A stretch of 64,000 bases of DNA. Origin: the human T2T-CHM13v2.0 reference genome, Homo sapiens. The position numbers and the translations under genes are program-made. This document shows, piece after piece, positions 44,469 through 61,287 of this stretch. Location of the stretch: assembly GCF_009914755.1 (NCBI RefSeq), contig NC_060936.1; one strand, given 5' to 3'. Position 1 is the first letter of the stretch. Every line of letters starts with the position of its first letter. The notes beneath the pieces are model-generated. The model was not told the DNA's origin. It did not search any database and was given only the letters and a program-made list of their open reading frames with translations.

Positions 44469-46025
44469 GCTCAGGGTTGTTCCACTTACCTTTCTGGGCT
44501 TCAGCTTCCTTCCCACAGTGGGGATAGTAAGCGCCTGTCTGGGGTCTAAATGAACGCCACTCAGTGCCTAGCACTATAAAAACTCAAGCACAGTGGCTTC
44601 CCCCAAACTGCAGCCTGACAGAGCAGGAAGGGCCCTGGGTGCCCCCTTAGCCTTCTGGAGGGGTTGTAGGAGGTCCGCCAGCCTTCTGCCTCCACTACCC
44701 ATCACCTGGCTGCCCATTAGAATCAGGCAGGGCTCAGGGGACCAAATGCTAGGTCCTGACCCCAGGACCTCAGAGCAGTTAGATCAGAGGGGTCGAGGAA
44801 TCAGAATTGTAATGCTCCCAGGTGCTTCTAAGTCATCTCCTGAGAACTCCTGGCTTAGCCTCATGCTGTCATATTTCAAAGTACAGAAATGAGGCCAGGA
44901 GAGGCAGAGAGAGCAACCTGCCCAGCTCACCATCTACAGACCAGAACCCCCATGTGCAGGAGGGGGTTAGTTAGAGAGGGCAGGGAGGCATCTCACTCCT
45001 CCTCCATGCCTCCTCAGCTCCTGACTCCAGAAAAGGTCTGTCTGGCCTTTCCTCTCTGTCTGGTGCTGCTGGGACCTCCCTCCCACTCTGGCCCATGGAC
45101 AGAGCCCTCCTCTTTCAGTCACCCAGACCTGAGGTGGGCTCAAGCTCTCATGGCCATCAGAGCACCTCACACATAGGCAGTGCTCAGTAGGCATTTATGG
45201 GATGAACAACTATCGGGTCTCCACCCAGGGGGCAGGAACTTTCCTAAAGTACCCAGGAAAAGGCTAGGAAGAGAGCTGCTTGCTCCTATTTTCTCCAGTC
45301 TGAGTCCCAGCTGAGAGCTGAGATACCGTCATTCCCTCAGCCACCTGAGCCCCATCTGGGGCCAGGAGAGCTGCAGGACCCAGCTCTGCACGCCTGCTCT
45401 GTGGTGTGGTTGCCCTGGTAAGCAACTTGACGAGCAGCTCGTTCTCCAGGTAAATGTGAGGCCAGCAGACCTCCCAGAAGGACAGACAGTATCATCGGCA
45501 TGAAAAGACCAAGGGTTGTGAACACTCCACTACACTCCCAGCTGAAGGCCAGGGGAGAGATTAATCTGAATGCTGCCACTGAATGCAGGGGGGAGGTTCT
45601 AGAGGCCCCCATCCAGTCTGGCTCCTGCAGAAGGTCCATTCCCACAGCCTGGATGAGCCCCACTTTCCTGTTCTAGGACCTCTCAGACAGGGAGGTCCCC
45701 TCTGTCAGCCTCTGGGTGTTGTCTGTCCTAAAGGTCTCCTGCTGAAGAAAGCCAGGCTCAGGTCATGGGAAGGTCGGATTGAGCTGGAGAAAGGGATAGT
45801 GAGCTGGCCATGCAACTGGTCAATGACCATTCAAAATCACACCTGTGACTCTGAGTCCTGGAGGGCTGGGAACAGAGTCAACCAGAGAACAGAGATGAGA
45901 TGAAATGCCAGGGCTGGGAGAGTAGAGACAGCAAGAAGCAGAGGAGGTGGGGAGGAAGGAGGGAGAACCCCAGACAAACAGGATGAGGCCAACAAAAGGA
46001 GTGCAGCCTGCTCCCAGGTGCCTCA

Positions 46026-46352
<327 letters not shown>

Positions 46353-48576
46353 TTAACATAGAGCCCCCCAGAGCTCTGATAGAGGCCTGGTCCTTCTGCT
46401 TACTAGCTGAGCTTCTGTTCATTCATCTGCAAAGTGGAGATAAAACATATGCCACAGGGTTATTGTGAGCAGCCAAGATCAAATGAGAAGTGCTGGGCAC
46501 ATGCTGAGCATTCCACAAGCAGCCAGAGGTGGTTACTGGGGGTATGGCTAGCACCATCACATGGGATCCATCCTGCTTAGTACTCGTCACTGGGTTGGGA
46601 TGGCCTGGTTGCCTGCTGGCTGTGCAGTCTTGGACAAGGTCCTCCACCTTTCTGTGCCTCAATTTCCTCATGGGTACAATGAGAATAGCTAGAGTGCCTC
46701 CCTTGAAAGATCGATGCGGGATTAAGTGATTAAATGATCTGATGCGTGACAACGACTACATGTGGTCTACAAAGGTTGGCCACAATAGTAATCACAGCAG
46801 CTTTCACTATCATTACAAGAGCCCCAATCTCCAGACACCTGGATTCTAGGGAAGGTAGTGAATATCCTTCATTCAGCTGGTCAGTTGGGCCATGAGGAAG
46901 AGGCTGGTGCAGAGACAGGGAAGCCAGAGAAGGGGAGGACAAGGCCTCTTCCAGGAGTTAGCCCCAGCAGTGGAGGTGGGGGGAAGCAGGCACTTGTTCT
47001 GAGACCTGGGTTTCTGTGTGGTACAGCAGACACACCCACTTCTCATCAACTCAGAGATGCACACCAGTAAGAATGGTGCAGTAACCGTCTGAAAGCTCGG
47101 CCATGAGCTCACCGTGCAAGCCTGAACAAGCACGTTGCCCTCCCTGGGCTCGGTCTCCCCAGCTGAAGATAAGGGGATTGGCCCATTAGACAATCTCTGA
47201 GTCCTTTGGGGCCACAGGACGCTGATTTGGTGGTCCTGGTACATTCTAAAACACACAACTGCCCCTGTACATGTCACAACATGGGTAACAAGGCAAGACA
47301 CCCCTTCCCCACCTCATCCTCACACACGGAAGCACGGGAGCAGGAGCGAAGCATCTGGGAATTAACCTAGACACAAAACCACTGGGCCCTTCCCATCGCC
47401 CTCCTCGGCCTTCAGCAGGGCCAGGTGAGCGCACACCCCTTCCTGGAGGTCACAGTCTGGGCATCTGCTTCCCTCTGCTGGCCAGAGAAGGGATGGCAGC
47501 CTGGTCTGCAAAGCTAGACTTGGGGGCCTGGCCTGGTGGGAGGTGGGATGTCCAGCATTCATCCTGTCCTTAGAGTCGCACCACCAGCCGCCTCCTGGAC
47601 CTAAGTGAAGGCTGTGAAAAGGAATAAGTAGAGGAAAGCCCACCAGCTGACCCAGATCTCTCTGCAGGGAAGAGAAACCGGAATAAACAGACACACTAAT
47701 ATTTATTACATTAACAGACAATTAGATCGCATTTAATATGACTCAGGCACTGTCCTAAGTGCTTTACAGATCTTACCTCATCTAGCCTCTGAGATAGGTG
47801 CCGCATTATTCCTCATTTTACAGATGAGGGGGAATAAGATAGAGGAGCCCCAAAGTTACGCAGCCAACAGATTCAAGTGGGTGCTGCGCCACCTCCCAGA
47901 GAGGAAGGGGCCAAGAGAGACCAGGTAGGGGTGGAGACACTTAGACACAGCTACAGAAACATGACAGAAGTCTCTAGAAGAGCAGAGGAAGATGGGGGGA
48001 GAAGTGGGAGCAAAGGAGGTGGGGGAAGGGGAAAAGAGAGGGCAGCAGGATGGCTGGGAAGAGGGAGGGAAGGGAGGTGGGCTCCCTTTTGACCCCAGGC
48101 CCCAAAGATGCTATCAGGCCAGACCCACCGGAAAATCCTTCCTAGATCCCTCCACATTCCAGCTCTGCTGGGCTGGTTTTACAGCCTCATGGTGCAGCCG
48201 GACACTGTTTATGGCAGCTCCATTCTCTGCCCCTTGTCTCCAGGCCCCAAAGGCATCTGGCCAGGCTGGGGGAGGCTTGTGGAGGCAGGGGTCCCCCGCC
48301 CAGCTTCCCAGCCCCTCCTTTGAACCCTGCTGGGTGCCAGAAGGAGGGGGCTGCCTGGGCACCACAAGGGCCCCTTCCAGGCTCCTTACATCGAGCCTGG
48401 GAGGGAGGGGGCCGACTCCCCCAGGCATGGGCCACCTCGAAAGGACCACTGAATCCCACCTCTGCCAGTTCCTGGCTGCGTGATCTTGGGCACATGATTT
48501 AGCATGATTTGACCTTCCTCAGCCTCAGTTTACTCTTCTGTAAATTGGACATAATAGTTCCTCATGGTTATTTTGA

Positions 48577-49248
<672 letters not shown>

Positions 49249-49588
49249 CTATTACAGAGTTTGTAAATAAGGCAAAAAACTAGAGATTCCCACCCCACTT
49301 AACGGTCCTAGAAATTTTTCGCTAATCCTGCTCCCAAGGCAGTCCCTATGCTGCAAGTGTCCGTCCCACCTCTCAATAGGGTGGTCCCATCCCAGGCCTC
49401 TCCACCTCCCCACCCTTCTGCCTGGTTTTGTGTGTGTGTTGCCCTCTGCTGGCAATGGAAAGAACTGCACATTCTTCTCCCCTCTGCAGCCTGGAAAGCT
49501 GAGGCTTTAGACGGAGTGGAGAAGAGTTACCGCTGTGAAATCCATAAAAGAACCGTAGACAATAGGCCCCAGAGAGGTTTGGGAGTAG

Positions 49589-50677
<1,089 letters not shown>

Positions 50678-52539
50678 TCAGAACCTGGCTGAAGATGAAC
50701 AACTCCCAGGGAGACTCTGGAGGGAAGAGCAGGAAATCTCGGGCACTCTCACTCCACCCTCCCTACGCCCCCATCCCTTACAGAGGGAGGTGGAAGTCAG
50801 AGAGAAGAACTTGTGAGCGCTGCTGCACTACCCTAAGGTGCTGAGAATCCACAGCTCTTTCCATCCTCCGTTCTTCCCTCCCCAGTGCCCATCAGGTGCT
50901 TACTCAGAGGTGGTGCTGGGTGCTTTCATAAGAGGGTAAGTCAATCTCAAGGGACTTTGGATGCTAGCCCTTTCCCCAGAGCCATTAGCAACAAGTCCCT
51001 GAGTGACGTCAAGGGCCGCCAGGCTATGGTCTCCTCTTTCAGCACCCATGGACCCTCCATGAGGTCCGCTCTCCCCACTCCACTCATTTTCCCACCAACC
51101 GCTCCCTCCCCATATCACCCTCCCCAACCACCAAGAATTCCAAACAAGAGGCTGGGTTCCAGGCCCCATGTTTATCTCATGGCAGGCTCTGTCATGTCAG
51201 GAGCTGCCCCTGAGTCTGACCCCCTGCCCTGCCCCCAGAGCTCTGCTGAGAGGATACACTGAACAGGGATGCCCAGTGGACAGGCCTGCAAGGACTGGGG
51301 CCTGAGGAGCCTGGGGGTTCCATATTCTCACAGCAGCCTGAGCCCCAAACAGGTGGGATCGGGCATGTGAGGGCCTCTTCCCTGGCCAATTTCTGCAAGG
51401 GCTTCTCAGGACCCAGCGGCCACCTCCAGTCCCTTCCTCTTCCTAGGTATCTTTCCATTTCTCCACAGCTTCGATTTGACTGGTCATTTGATGTAAGACC
51501 CAGGAGATGGAGCTGCCACGGCCACCCCTCAGCCCCTCCTTAGCCCAACCGTATCCTGGAGCTGCAGGACCCAGGTTCTCAGATCCAGGCCTTCCCCTTC
51601 CCCTGCGCCCTCTCAGAGTGGGGTCTTGCAGAGGAGCCTGCAAAGGGGGCACCAACAGGAGGCATAAACAAACAGTGCATGGGAGAGGAACTGGAGATAC
51701 AAAAATAAAACTGACCTCAAGCAGGTCATAAACAAAGCGGGACCCACTGTAAATAAGGGTGAAATTTACCATAAACAGAAAGTAAAAGGGGCTATGAGCA
51801 GAGGGCCTTAGGGGGGTGAAAAGCATGATCAGTGCCCCCTCCCCAAGTGAGCAGTGGAAGGAAGGGGATCTGGGAGCACCTGGCCCAGGGAAAAGGAGGT
51901 CTGGAGAAAGGGGCACCTTGAGAGGCAGGAGTTTACTGTTATCCAAAGGGATACCACACAGGGATATGAGTTGATGGGATCTCCAAACAGTAGGAGGCAT
52001 GGAGGTGGGACTTGCAGAATGATTTCCTGGTGTCAAGGATGAGTGTAACCTGCCATCACTTCACCATCTCTTTTTATCCTCACTCCCCTCCTTCCAACCC
52101 TACAGGGCAGTGGACAGAGTCTTTGGAAATAGCTCGAGGAGAAAGATTCTGAAGCTGGAGCCCACTCCAAATCTCAGGAAAGAGAAGGTCCTGAGTAGGA
52201 TGGGGAGTGTGGAAAAGAAGGCCCGGAAGGGAATACCACCCATCCCAGCAAGACAAAAACATAAAGTCAATTCAAAGGTAAAGAGCTCATTCTACTTTTC
52301 CTCCTTCCCTCTTCCACTTATTTCCTGTCTCACCTTGCACTTCCTCCTGTCTCTGTTTTCAGCCTCCTCTATTTTTCCTTGCTTCTGGTGGCATCTATAC
52401 CTCCCAAAACATGAGGTTCAAAGGCAAAATTTTTAGTGAATCCCAGCATTGCTCTCTTATATCAAATGACCAGTCAAATTGAGGCCGTGGAGACGTCTGG
52501 CACATTTAGGAATTGCTTCTGTCTCAGTCTCACCCTGGT

Positions 52540-52783
52540 ACACACACATGCACACTCACACACATTGACACACACACTCACACACATTCAGGCACTCACA
52601 CACTCGCACACTCACACACATTCATACACTCACATACACTCACACCACACACGCACACACATTCACACACTCACACATATTCACACACACCATACACTCA
52701 CACACTCACACTCACACACACACCACACGCTCACACACACATACACACACGCACACATACACACACTCGCACACACACTCACA
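52540..52783 (+). repeat. Degenerate (CA)n-rich low-complexity tract
   Basis: About 240 bp of interrupted CACACA/CACTCA. Confidence 0.92.
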
Positions 52784-54248
52784 AGAGCACGTTCTCTTCA
52801 CTTTCATCTCCATGTACATGTCTCTGCCTCCATGTTCTCCATCCTTCTGAACTCTGGAAGTCAAGAGGGGAAGGATGAAATTGATGTCTGCCTTTGCAAA
52901 AGGATCCAGGTAGATCCCATTCTGTTCCTAATCTCTAAGCATGGGTGTGAGGGTGAGGGGAGAGATGGAGCCCATAAATCCTCTGAAATCTTCCTAGGAC
53001 CAAGAGAAGGTCCATATATTGCCAGACCTTAAAACCATAAGTTGCTCCACCACTGTCGTCCCCCACCCCCAACCACATAATTACTATTCATAGTGCACAA
53101 CTGGGTGATTAATGACCTGATTAATAATTACTCAGGCTAATAAAATAATTAATTAATTTGGCAAGCCATTATTTATCTGTTCATCCTCAGCCTGAAACTC
53201 TACAACTAGGAGTTTAGGAATCTCCCCTCCAGGCTGTTTCAGAAATATGATCATTAGTGTGGGCTGGGAAGGATGGGGGATGAAATTCTCCATCCTGAGA
53301 CCCTCCCAAGGTAGGAAAGGGCCCGAGGGCTTTCTGAGAATGCAGACCGGAAAGAATGAAACAAAAATGACCAGGTAACCTCAAGCCCAGGAAAAGAGCT
53401 GACCAGGGAGGCCAGGGACATTGGGATAGGGGAGCATAACAGGGAGCTTGAGGGGGTGCATCTGAGCACCCAGGTTTGGGGAATTCTTAGATGTATTCTC
53501 TCCAGCAAATGATTGATGACACCATTTTCAACAAATGATCTTTATCTCGCCTCTTGTCTCCCAAATTTATGATTTTGCCCCCAAGCCCCAGGCTAGACAA
53601 GCAAGGACTAGGTAAATTCTGGGGTGGGGAGGCTGACTTGGAGTAGGGCCCAAGAATCAGTGGGGAATCTTTGGGACTCTGCAGAGGGGAGAAGTCTCCC
53701 CTACCATCAGTTTCTGAGCTCTTAAGAAATAAACCTCTGAATCAGACTTCAATTTAGGTCCCCAGAACCCAGAGGCTCTGGAGTACCTGCCCCCTAGCAG
53801 GGAAGGGAGCAAATAGCAAGGAGAAAGAAAGGATGACTGATCTCCTAGGAAGTGAGGAGGGAAGCAGAGGCTCACCCCAGGAGTGAGGGAATGAGAAAAC
53901 TGGCTTGTCTAGTCAGTTTGTGAACAGGCAGAGGCATCTCTGCCATGTTCTAGGCCCGGGGCAGACATGAGACACGACTTCTCCCAATCTGGGGCTGAGG
54001 CACCAGTGGGTCCTTGGCCAAGCAGCTCTAGATTGGATTCCCAGTATGTACTAGGATGGATAAGAATCAGACTCGGACCTAGTGATGCTCAAGTTCTAGT
54101 GGAGCTGGGGGGAACCGATTTGTGAATAGATAATGCCCCAGGATAAATGCCATAAAAAGGAGGCGAGTACAAAGTCCATGGGGGCACAGAAACATGCTTC
54201 CTGGGGGTGTTAGAGAAAAGAATGCCCAGCAAGGGGATATTTGAACTA

Positions 54249-54962
<714 letters not shown>

Positions 54963-55379
54963 AATTTGTGTTTTAGAAAGATAATTTTGGTAAGTGGAGA
55001 GGAGAGACAGTAGGCAGGGGGTCCAATGAGAAGGCTGGAACATGCCCAAGCTAAGACATCCTGAAGGACTGACAGGCTGGGACCAGGCAGTGGCCAGGCA
55101 GCTGGGAGCAGGCAGGTTGAATTTTAAACCTCCATAATCTGGATATAAAGATACCCTAAGCGTGACGCTGCTGGGGATTCTTCTCATCACCCTCCCCGGT
55201 CGAGCGTGAGTGTGGAGCTGGGCAGGCAACCTGGTACTTGGATTCACCTTTTGAAGGATGGAGAGGAGCTCCCTTCTCCACAAGGAGTTGAAGGGTGGAG
55301 GAGTTAGAGCCAGGCCTGGCTGGGAGTTCTGGCGTCCAGGATGCAGGAGGCTTCAGCAGAAGAGGCGTGGCCAACAGCC

Positions 55380-55700
55380 CCTGAATTAGCAGAACCCCGC
55401 CCATTTTGTGGGCACTGAAGACAGGCAGCGCGATAGTGTCCTTGTTGGCCAGCAGAGGGCGCAATAGGAGGCGGGCCGCACCCGAAGATGGCTATAGCGC
55501 TGTGCCCGAGCCAGCCTGGGCGCCCTCTGCCGGGCAGCCCCGACTCGGGGCTCCCACAGCGGGGTCTTCGGTCCCGTGTTTCTGCGCCAGGGTCCAGGCC
55601 CACTGGCCTGTACCCAGAATCCTCCAGGGAACTGGGATCCCGCCCTGGAGAATCGGATCCTGGGTCTAGGATAGCCAGTTCTGGGGACCACCCCTCGCAT
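55380..55700. promoter_or_regulatory. CpG-rich patch with oppositely oriented CTCF motifs
   Basis: GGCCAGCAGAGGGCGC (+, 55447-55462) and CCCGGCAGAGGGCGC (-, 55520-55534) match the CTCF core CCASYAGRKGGCRS. Confidence 0.7.
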
Positions 55701-55960
55701 TCTTGGGTTCCCTCTCTGGCATCTGACAGCTAGCTCTCCCTAGCTGGCCCCCCCGCCTACCATCTCCAGCTTTTGCTTGATTGCCTCCAAAGACGCGGAC
55801 CTAGCCCCTCCAAGAGATTCAACCTGTGTGAATGTGGGTGTACCCACCCCTGTGCACACGGGTGTCTGCATGGCTTGGACTCCCACAGCCTGCATTTGCA
55901 TAAAACAAAATGCTTTCCCTTTGGTTATTTCAGGCACATAGTCCTTTAAATAGCGTAAGA

Positions 55961-56308
<348 letters not shown>

Positions 56309-57629
56309 TCAGGACATGGGGCTTCAAACCGAGGTCACACAGCTAGGACAGTGCATGATTTAAAGCCAGGCCTCCACCCAAAACTTTATTTGGTGTCCCT
56401 ACTATGTGCTAATCAAGGTGTGGTTCCTGCTCACCCAGGTCACCCAGAGAAACAAAGTAGAAGAGCCATAGGATTTCTGACCAGGCTGGCGAGAACAGGG
56501 CAAGCTTCCCAGAGGAGCCTTTTCTAGGGTTGCAGGGAGGACATTTCAGGAGCGGCCCTGAATGCGCCAAAGCTAGGGGATGGGACTGGCGAGTTGCCAC
56601 GGGAGCCCACGTGAGGGTCTTCGAGGAGGTCTGCGCCACCCGGGTGCAACCCGAGGCTACGGTTCATCCAAACACACCTCGCCCCATCCGGCTGGGGAAG
56701 GACTTCCTGCAAGCCCTGAGTGGGGGTGTGTGGCGGGACCACCCAGGTGTCCATCCAGGTGGGCAGTGAGCGTGAGAGCACCTGGTCAGGAACCTCCCAC
56801 CTCTCGGGCCCTGCAGCCGCTTCCGTGGGGGAAGGGCAGCCGACTTCACCTAAGCTTCCACCTACTGCATCTAACCCTTAACTGTATCTCCCGCCCCCAC
56901 CACCCCTGACGGGTTCCCATTATAAGAGGGTTTCAGATAACTCACCTCCCACCCCGGGAACGACGTCATCACCCCTTCACCCTCTGCCACCACGTCTGAC
57001 TCCAACGGGGAAGTCCTTCCTGGTGTCTGACCACCCTTCCTCCTGCTGCAGCTTCAGCTAAACCTAACAACTTCTGACCTCACAGGAGAAAGGGGCTGCC
57101 TTAACTTTCCTTCTCTGAGCTAAACAATCCAAATCTCCAGCCCCTTTTCCACGCTCACATCCCATTTTCCCGTTCTAACAAAGCTTTCCTTTAGGGGCCT
57201 GGATCTTCCGTTTTTCCCGCCTTCCGACGTCAGATCAATCCATGACAGCTTTCTGATTGGCTAACCCCTCCCTTCTAATTGCCCCTGTCACTTCAGAACC
57301 TCCCCTGCTGTATCAATATGTAAGTCCCACAGATGGCCTCAGTTTCCCTGGTAGGGAGTTGAGCCGCCTCTTGGCACCCTCTTGCTTTGGGAGGAGGGGT
57401 GTCCTGCTCAACTCACCCGAGTCATCTCTTCCCTGCCCAAGCTTCTGAACAGGACACTGCCACATTGTCATTCATCTGAAAAGCATTTATTGAGCGCCTA
57501 CTATATGTCTGGCCCGAATTCTTGTCTCAGCTCACAGCCCTCCGGTTGCTCCATAGGCTTAGGGGAAGGAGCAGGAGATCTTGAAATGCCAATCTCCAGT
57601 CTGGAGCGTGGGGTAAGAGAACTGAAGTC

Positions 57630-58830
57630 GTCTGCGACTGAGTGAAGCCACCGAGGAGGGGCGGGGAGGTGGGACGCCTGCAGGTCTCGGCGCTCGGAAA
57701 CCGCGGAGAGGAAGCATCGCTAGGCGCCCCACCCTCACAGCGCTCAAACCTGACGCCGGATTTCCCATTCTTAGCGCAAGGAAGACCCCTTGTGGCCATT
57801 GTGGGAAGAGTCAGCAAGGGAAAAAAAAAAAAGCGGGAAAAAAAACAAGCCAGAGCCGGGAGATGACAGCCTCAGCCCAGACTCCCTTCCAGTTCTTGCC
57901 TAGCGTGGGGACTTATTCTTTGGTCGTTGGGTGGGGGAGAGGGGGCGGGAGTTGATGCCCAGGCCCCACTCCCACACCCTCAGAACCCAACATTTGGGAC
58001 TTTGGGAATAATCTTCTCACTAAACCACCCGGAAAAATAAAACAGAAACAATAGCAAATGTGACTATGGTTAGACTTCTGTAGGGACTTCTCAAGAAGCG
58101 GATGGGAGGCAGAAGGACGGGTCACAATAAAGGGATGAAAGAAATCAGGTCTTCCGGACGACCCCCTCCCTGGCTATGGGGAGGGGTAATTCTGGGAGAC
58201 CCGGGCGGGTGTGGGATCATCTACCCACCCTGCGGCTCCTTCCCGCTCGCAGTGAAGGAAGGACGCTCAGACCAACAGGGGCTCAGGTATTCTGGGTGTC
58301 AGGACCCTTCCTCCTGCACGCATCTTACGCAGGGTGGGGCTGAGGGCGTGAGGGCACAAGTCATTGAGGACATGGAGGGAACCCACGCTCGTCCCGATAG
58401 ATTGTCACGGTCCTGAGGCGGGACGGTCAGGACAGGGAAGATGTATTTCTTCCCCCTGCATCCCCTCCCGCACCGCGTCTGAACTCCTCTGGGAGCGCAA
58501 GAACAGTAACAATGCTGCGCCCCTTCCCCCACCCTTTGACTCCGCTCGCAACCTAGCCCGGGCCGGGCAGCGCGAATTTGCATACATTTGCATACCCAGC
58601 TGCGCACAGCTGCATTCGGCTTTGGGCCATAAATTCGTGGCTGGCGGCTCTGGGCGAGCAGGCCCCACGCGGGGCAGGCGTTCTCCCTGCGCGCCTCCGC
58701 CGCGGCTGTTCACGTCCCGGGTACTGGCGCGTTCTCACGCCTCCCTGAGTAACCGCTGGATCAGTCCTGCCCGGACCCGGCTCCCCTGGCTCGAGCCACC
58801 TTCTGGGCATGTCTGTCTCGCACTGGCGCA
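57630..58830. promoter_or_regulatory. CpG island (orphan or lncRNA promoter)
   Basis: High CpG density, especially 58440-58800; GC box at ~57660; tandem octamers at 58576-58593; CRE-like GACGTCA (~57227) and CCAAT box (ctgattggct, ~57253) just upstream. Confidence 0.7.
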
Positions 58831-59724
58831 GGCCAAGCCTGCAATCTCAGATTCTGGTTCCTCCATTTCTCTTGGACTCGACTTGGTCAATGTCTCCTGA
58901 ATGCGCTCATCTTTACCTGACGCCTTGGACCAGGGGCTTCTGGTGGGATTTTCCTGCTAGGACTGGTGCATAGCCTCTTAGGTGGTAGTCCTGCCTCTGG
59001 GGTTACCTTGCTAAAAAATTGGTCTAATGGAGGTCAACAGCTAAAAACTCTGGACTCCCAGGCTTGCAGAATAAAGCTTATATTGTTCACCCTTGCCAAA
59101 GAAAGCCCCTGACGTTCTGTCAGCATCCCCCTTCTCTAGCCTTATCTTCTGCATCATGGCCAGACTCAGGCACACAACAGCCAGCGCTTCGGTTACACAA
59201 AACTGCTCTGAGGGTCCCTAAGCTCCTCATGAGCTCTCTCACTCTGCCTGGACTTACCTGCACCTTGCTTCCACCTGGACTGCTCTTCTGCCCTCTTGTC
59301 TGTTTGACAGACACATTCTTTGAAAATCATTGCACAGACGTTCTTTCCTTTGGAAAGACCTCTGAGATTCCTCTCACCCCTGGCAATTGATAATGACATC
59401 TATTAGCACTTACTGCAAAAACATTTGGTCAGTTGCACTTACCAAATTGTGAGCTCTCACTTAAGACAGAGAATATGTCTGTTCTTTGCTGTATCCCACT
59501 TCTGGGCACAAAGTCTGAAGACCAGGAGATACTCAAATACTGAATAAATGAGTGAGGCCTTGACTATTTCAGGCACACATAGATACCCAGGGCTCTGGTG
59601 GTCCCAAGCAGCCTTTACATGACATCCCATGGAAGAGCCCCTCCTCTTGGTACTTTTTGGGTCCTTACGCATCTTGGCCCAAGATTGTGAGGGGTGAGAA
59701 ACCAGGGGGATTATGAGTGGAGAG

Positions 59725-59915
59725 CTGATGCCGTGAAAAAGCACTGGACTCCGAGCCAAGAAGCTGAGGTTCAAACTCTGGCACCGCATGATCTTGGAGA
59801 AGTAACTGCCTCCTTCGAAGGCTGTTTCCTCACCTTAAAATGGGAATAATAGTGACTACTTAATAGGGACTTTGTAATGATGGAGCGAGAATAGTACATA
59901 AAATGCTTACTACAT
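59725..59915 (-). mobile_element. MIR
   Basis: agcactggact...ggttcaaactctggc...tttcctcaccttaaaatgggaataatagt. Confidence 0.7.
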
Positions 59916-60057
59916 GTCTTAAGAGTCCAGACAGGTGACATGAGGTTCCATCTCACTCCCTTGCCCCCGAGAAGGAGAGCACCTCCACTAACAATCCAGG
60001 CCAAGAGGCTTAAGGAATTTTACCAGTATGCATTCTGCAAGAAAGTATGAGACAGCG

Positions 60058-60753
<696 letters not shown>

Positions 60754-60787
60754 TCATACCGGTTCTTCTGCTGAGCATAGTTCTCAG

Positions 60788-60820
60788 TGCTATTCCCACA
60801 GTGGCTACCAGGGGGCAGCA
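60788..60820 (+). promoter_or_regulatory. CTCF site with upstream (ZF9-11) module
   Basis: TGCTATTCCC-acag-TGGCTACCAGGGGGCAGCA: the core motif plus a correctly spaced TGCNNTNCCC upstream motif. Confidence 0.7.
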
Positions 60821-61036
60821 CAAACCCCCAAATCACCTCAGGCTGCCTAAAGGGGCTAGAAGAAAGGACCCTTCTGGACTTCCCTCTGAGTATTGAGCCC
60901 TAGTCTGAACATGCCTCCCCTGTCTCCACCGTCTTCTCCCAGACAGCTCTTGGTGTGCAAACCACGCCTCCCCCAGTGCTTCCTGTCTTCTCTGGTTTTG
61001 TGTTCCCTTGGTCAATTTATAACAAATGTCCAGCAG

Positions 61037-61287
61037 GGCTCGTTGGCTCACGCCTGTAATCCCAGCACTTTGGGAGACCGAGGCGGATGGATCGCTTGAG
61101 GTCAGGAGTTTGAGACCAGTCTGGCCAACATGGTGAAACCCCGTCTCTACTAGAAATACAAAAATTAACCCGGCGTGGTTGCCCACGTCTGTAATCCCAG
61201 CTATTCAGGAAGCTGAGGCAGGAGACTCTGTTGAACCCGGGAGGTGGAGGTTGCAGTGAGCCAAGACAGCGCCACTCCATCTCAAAA
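61037..61287 (+). mobile_element. Alu with an internal deletion near the 3' end
   Basis: Alu consensus; gccactccatctc junction. Confidence 0.85.

Noticed and set aside
52436-53032. 198-aa His/Thr-rich ORF
   Set aside because: Translation of the degenerate CA repeat; non-ATG start and no recognisable domain.
56530-56769. 79-aa CpG-rich ORF that looks protein-like
   Set aside because: TTG start, no recognisable family and no convincing exon partners.
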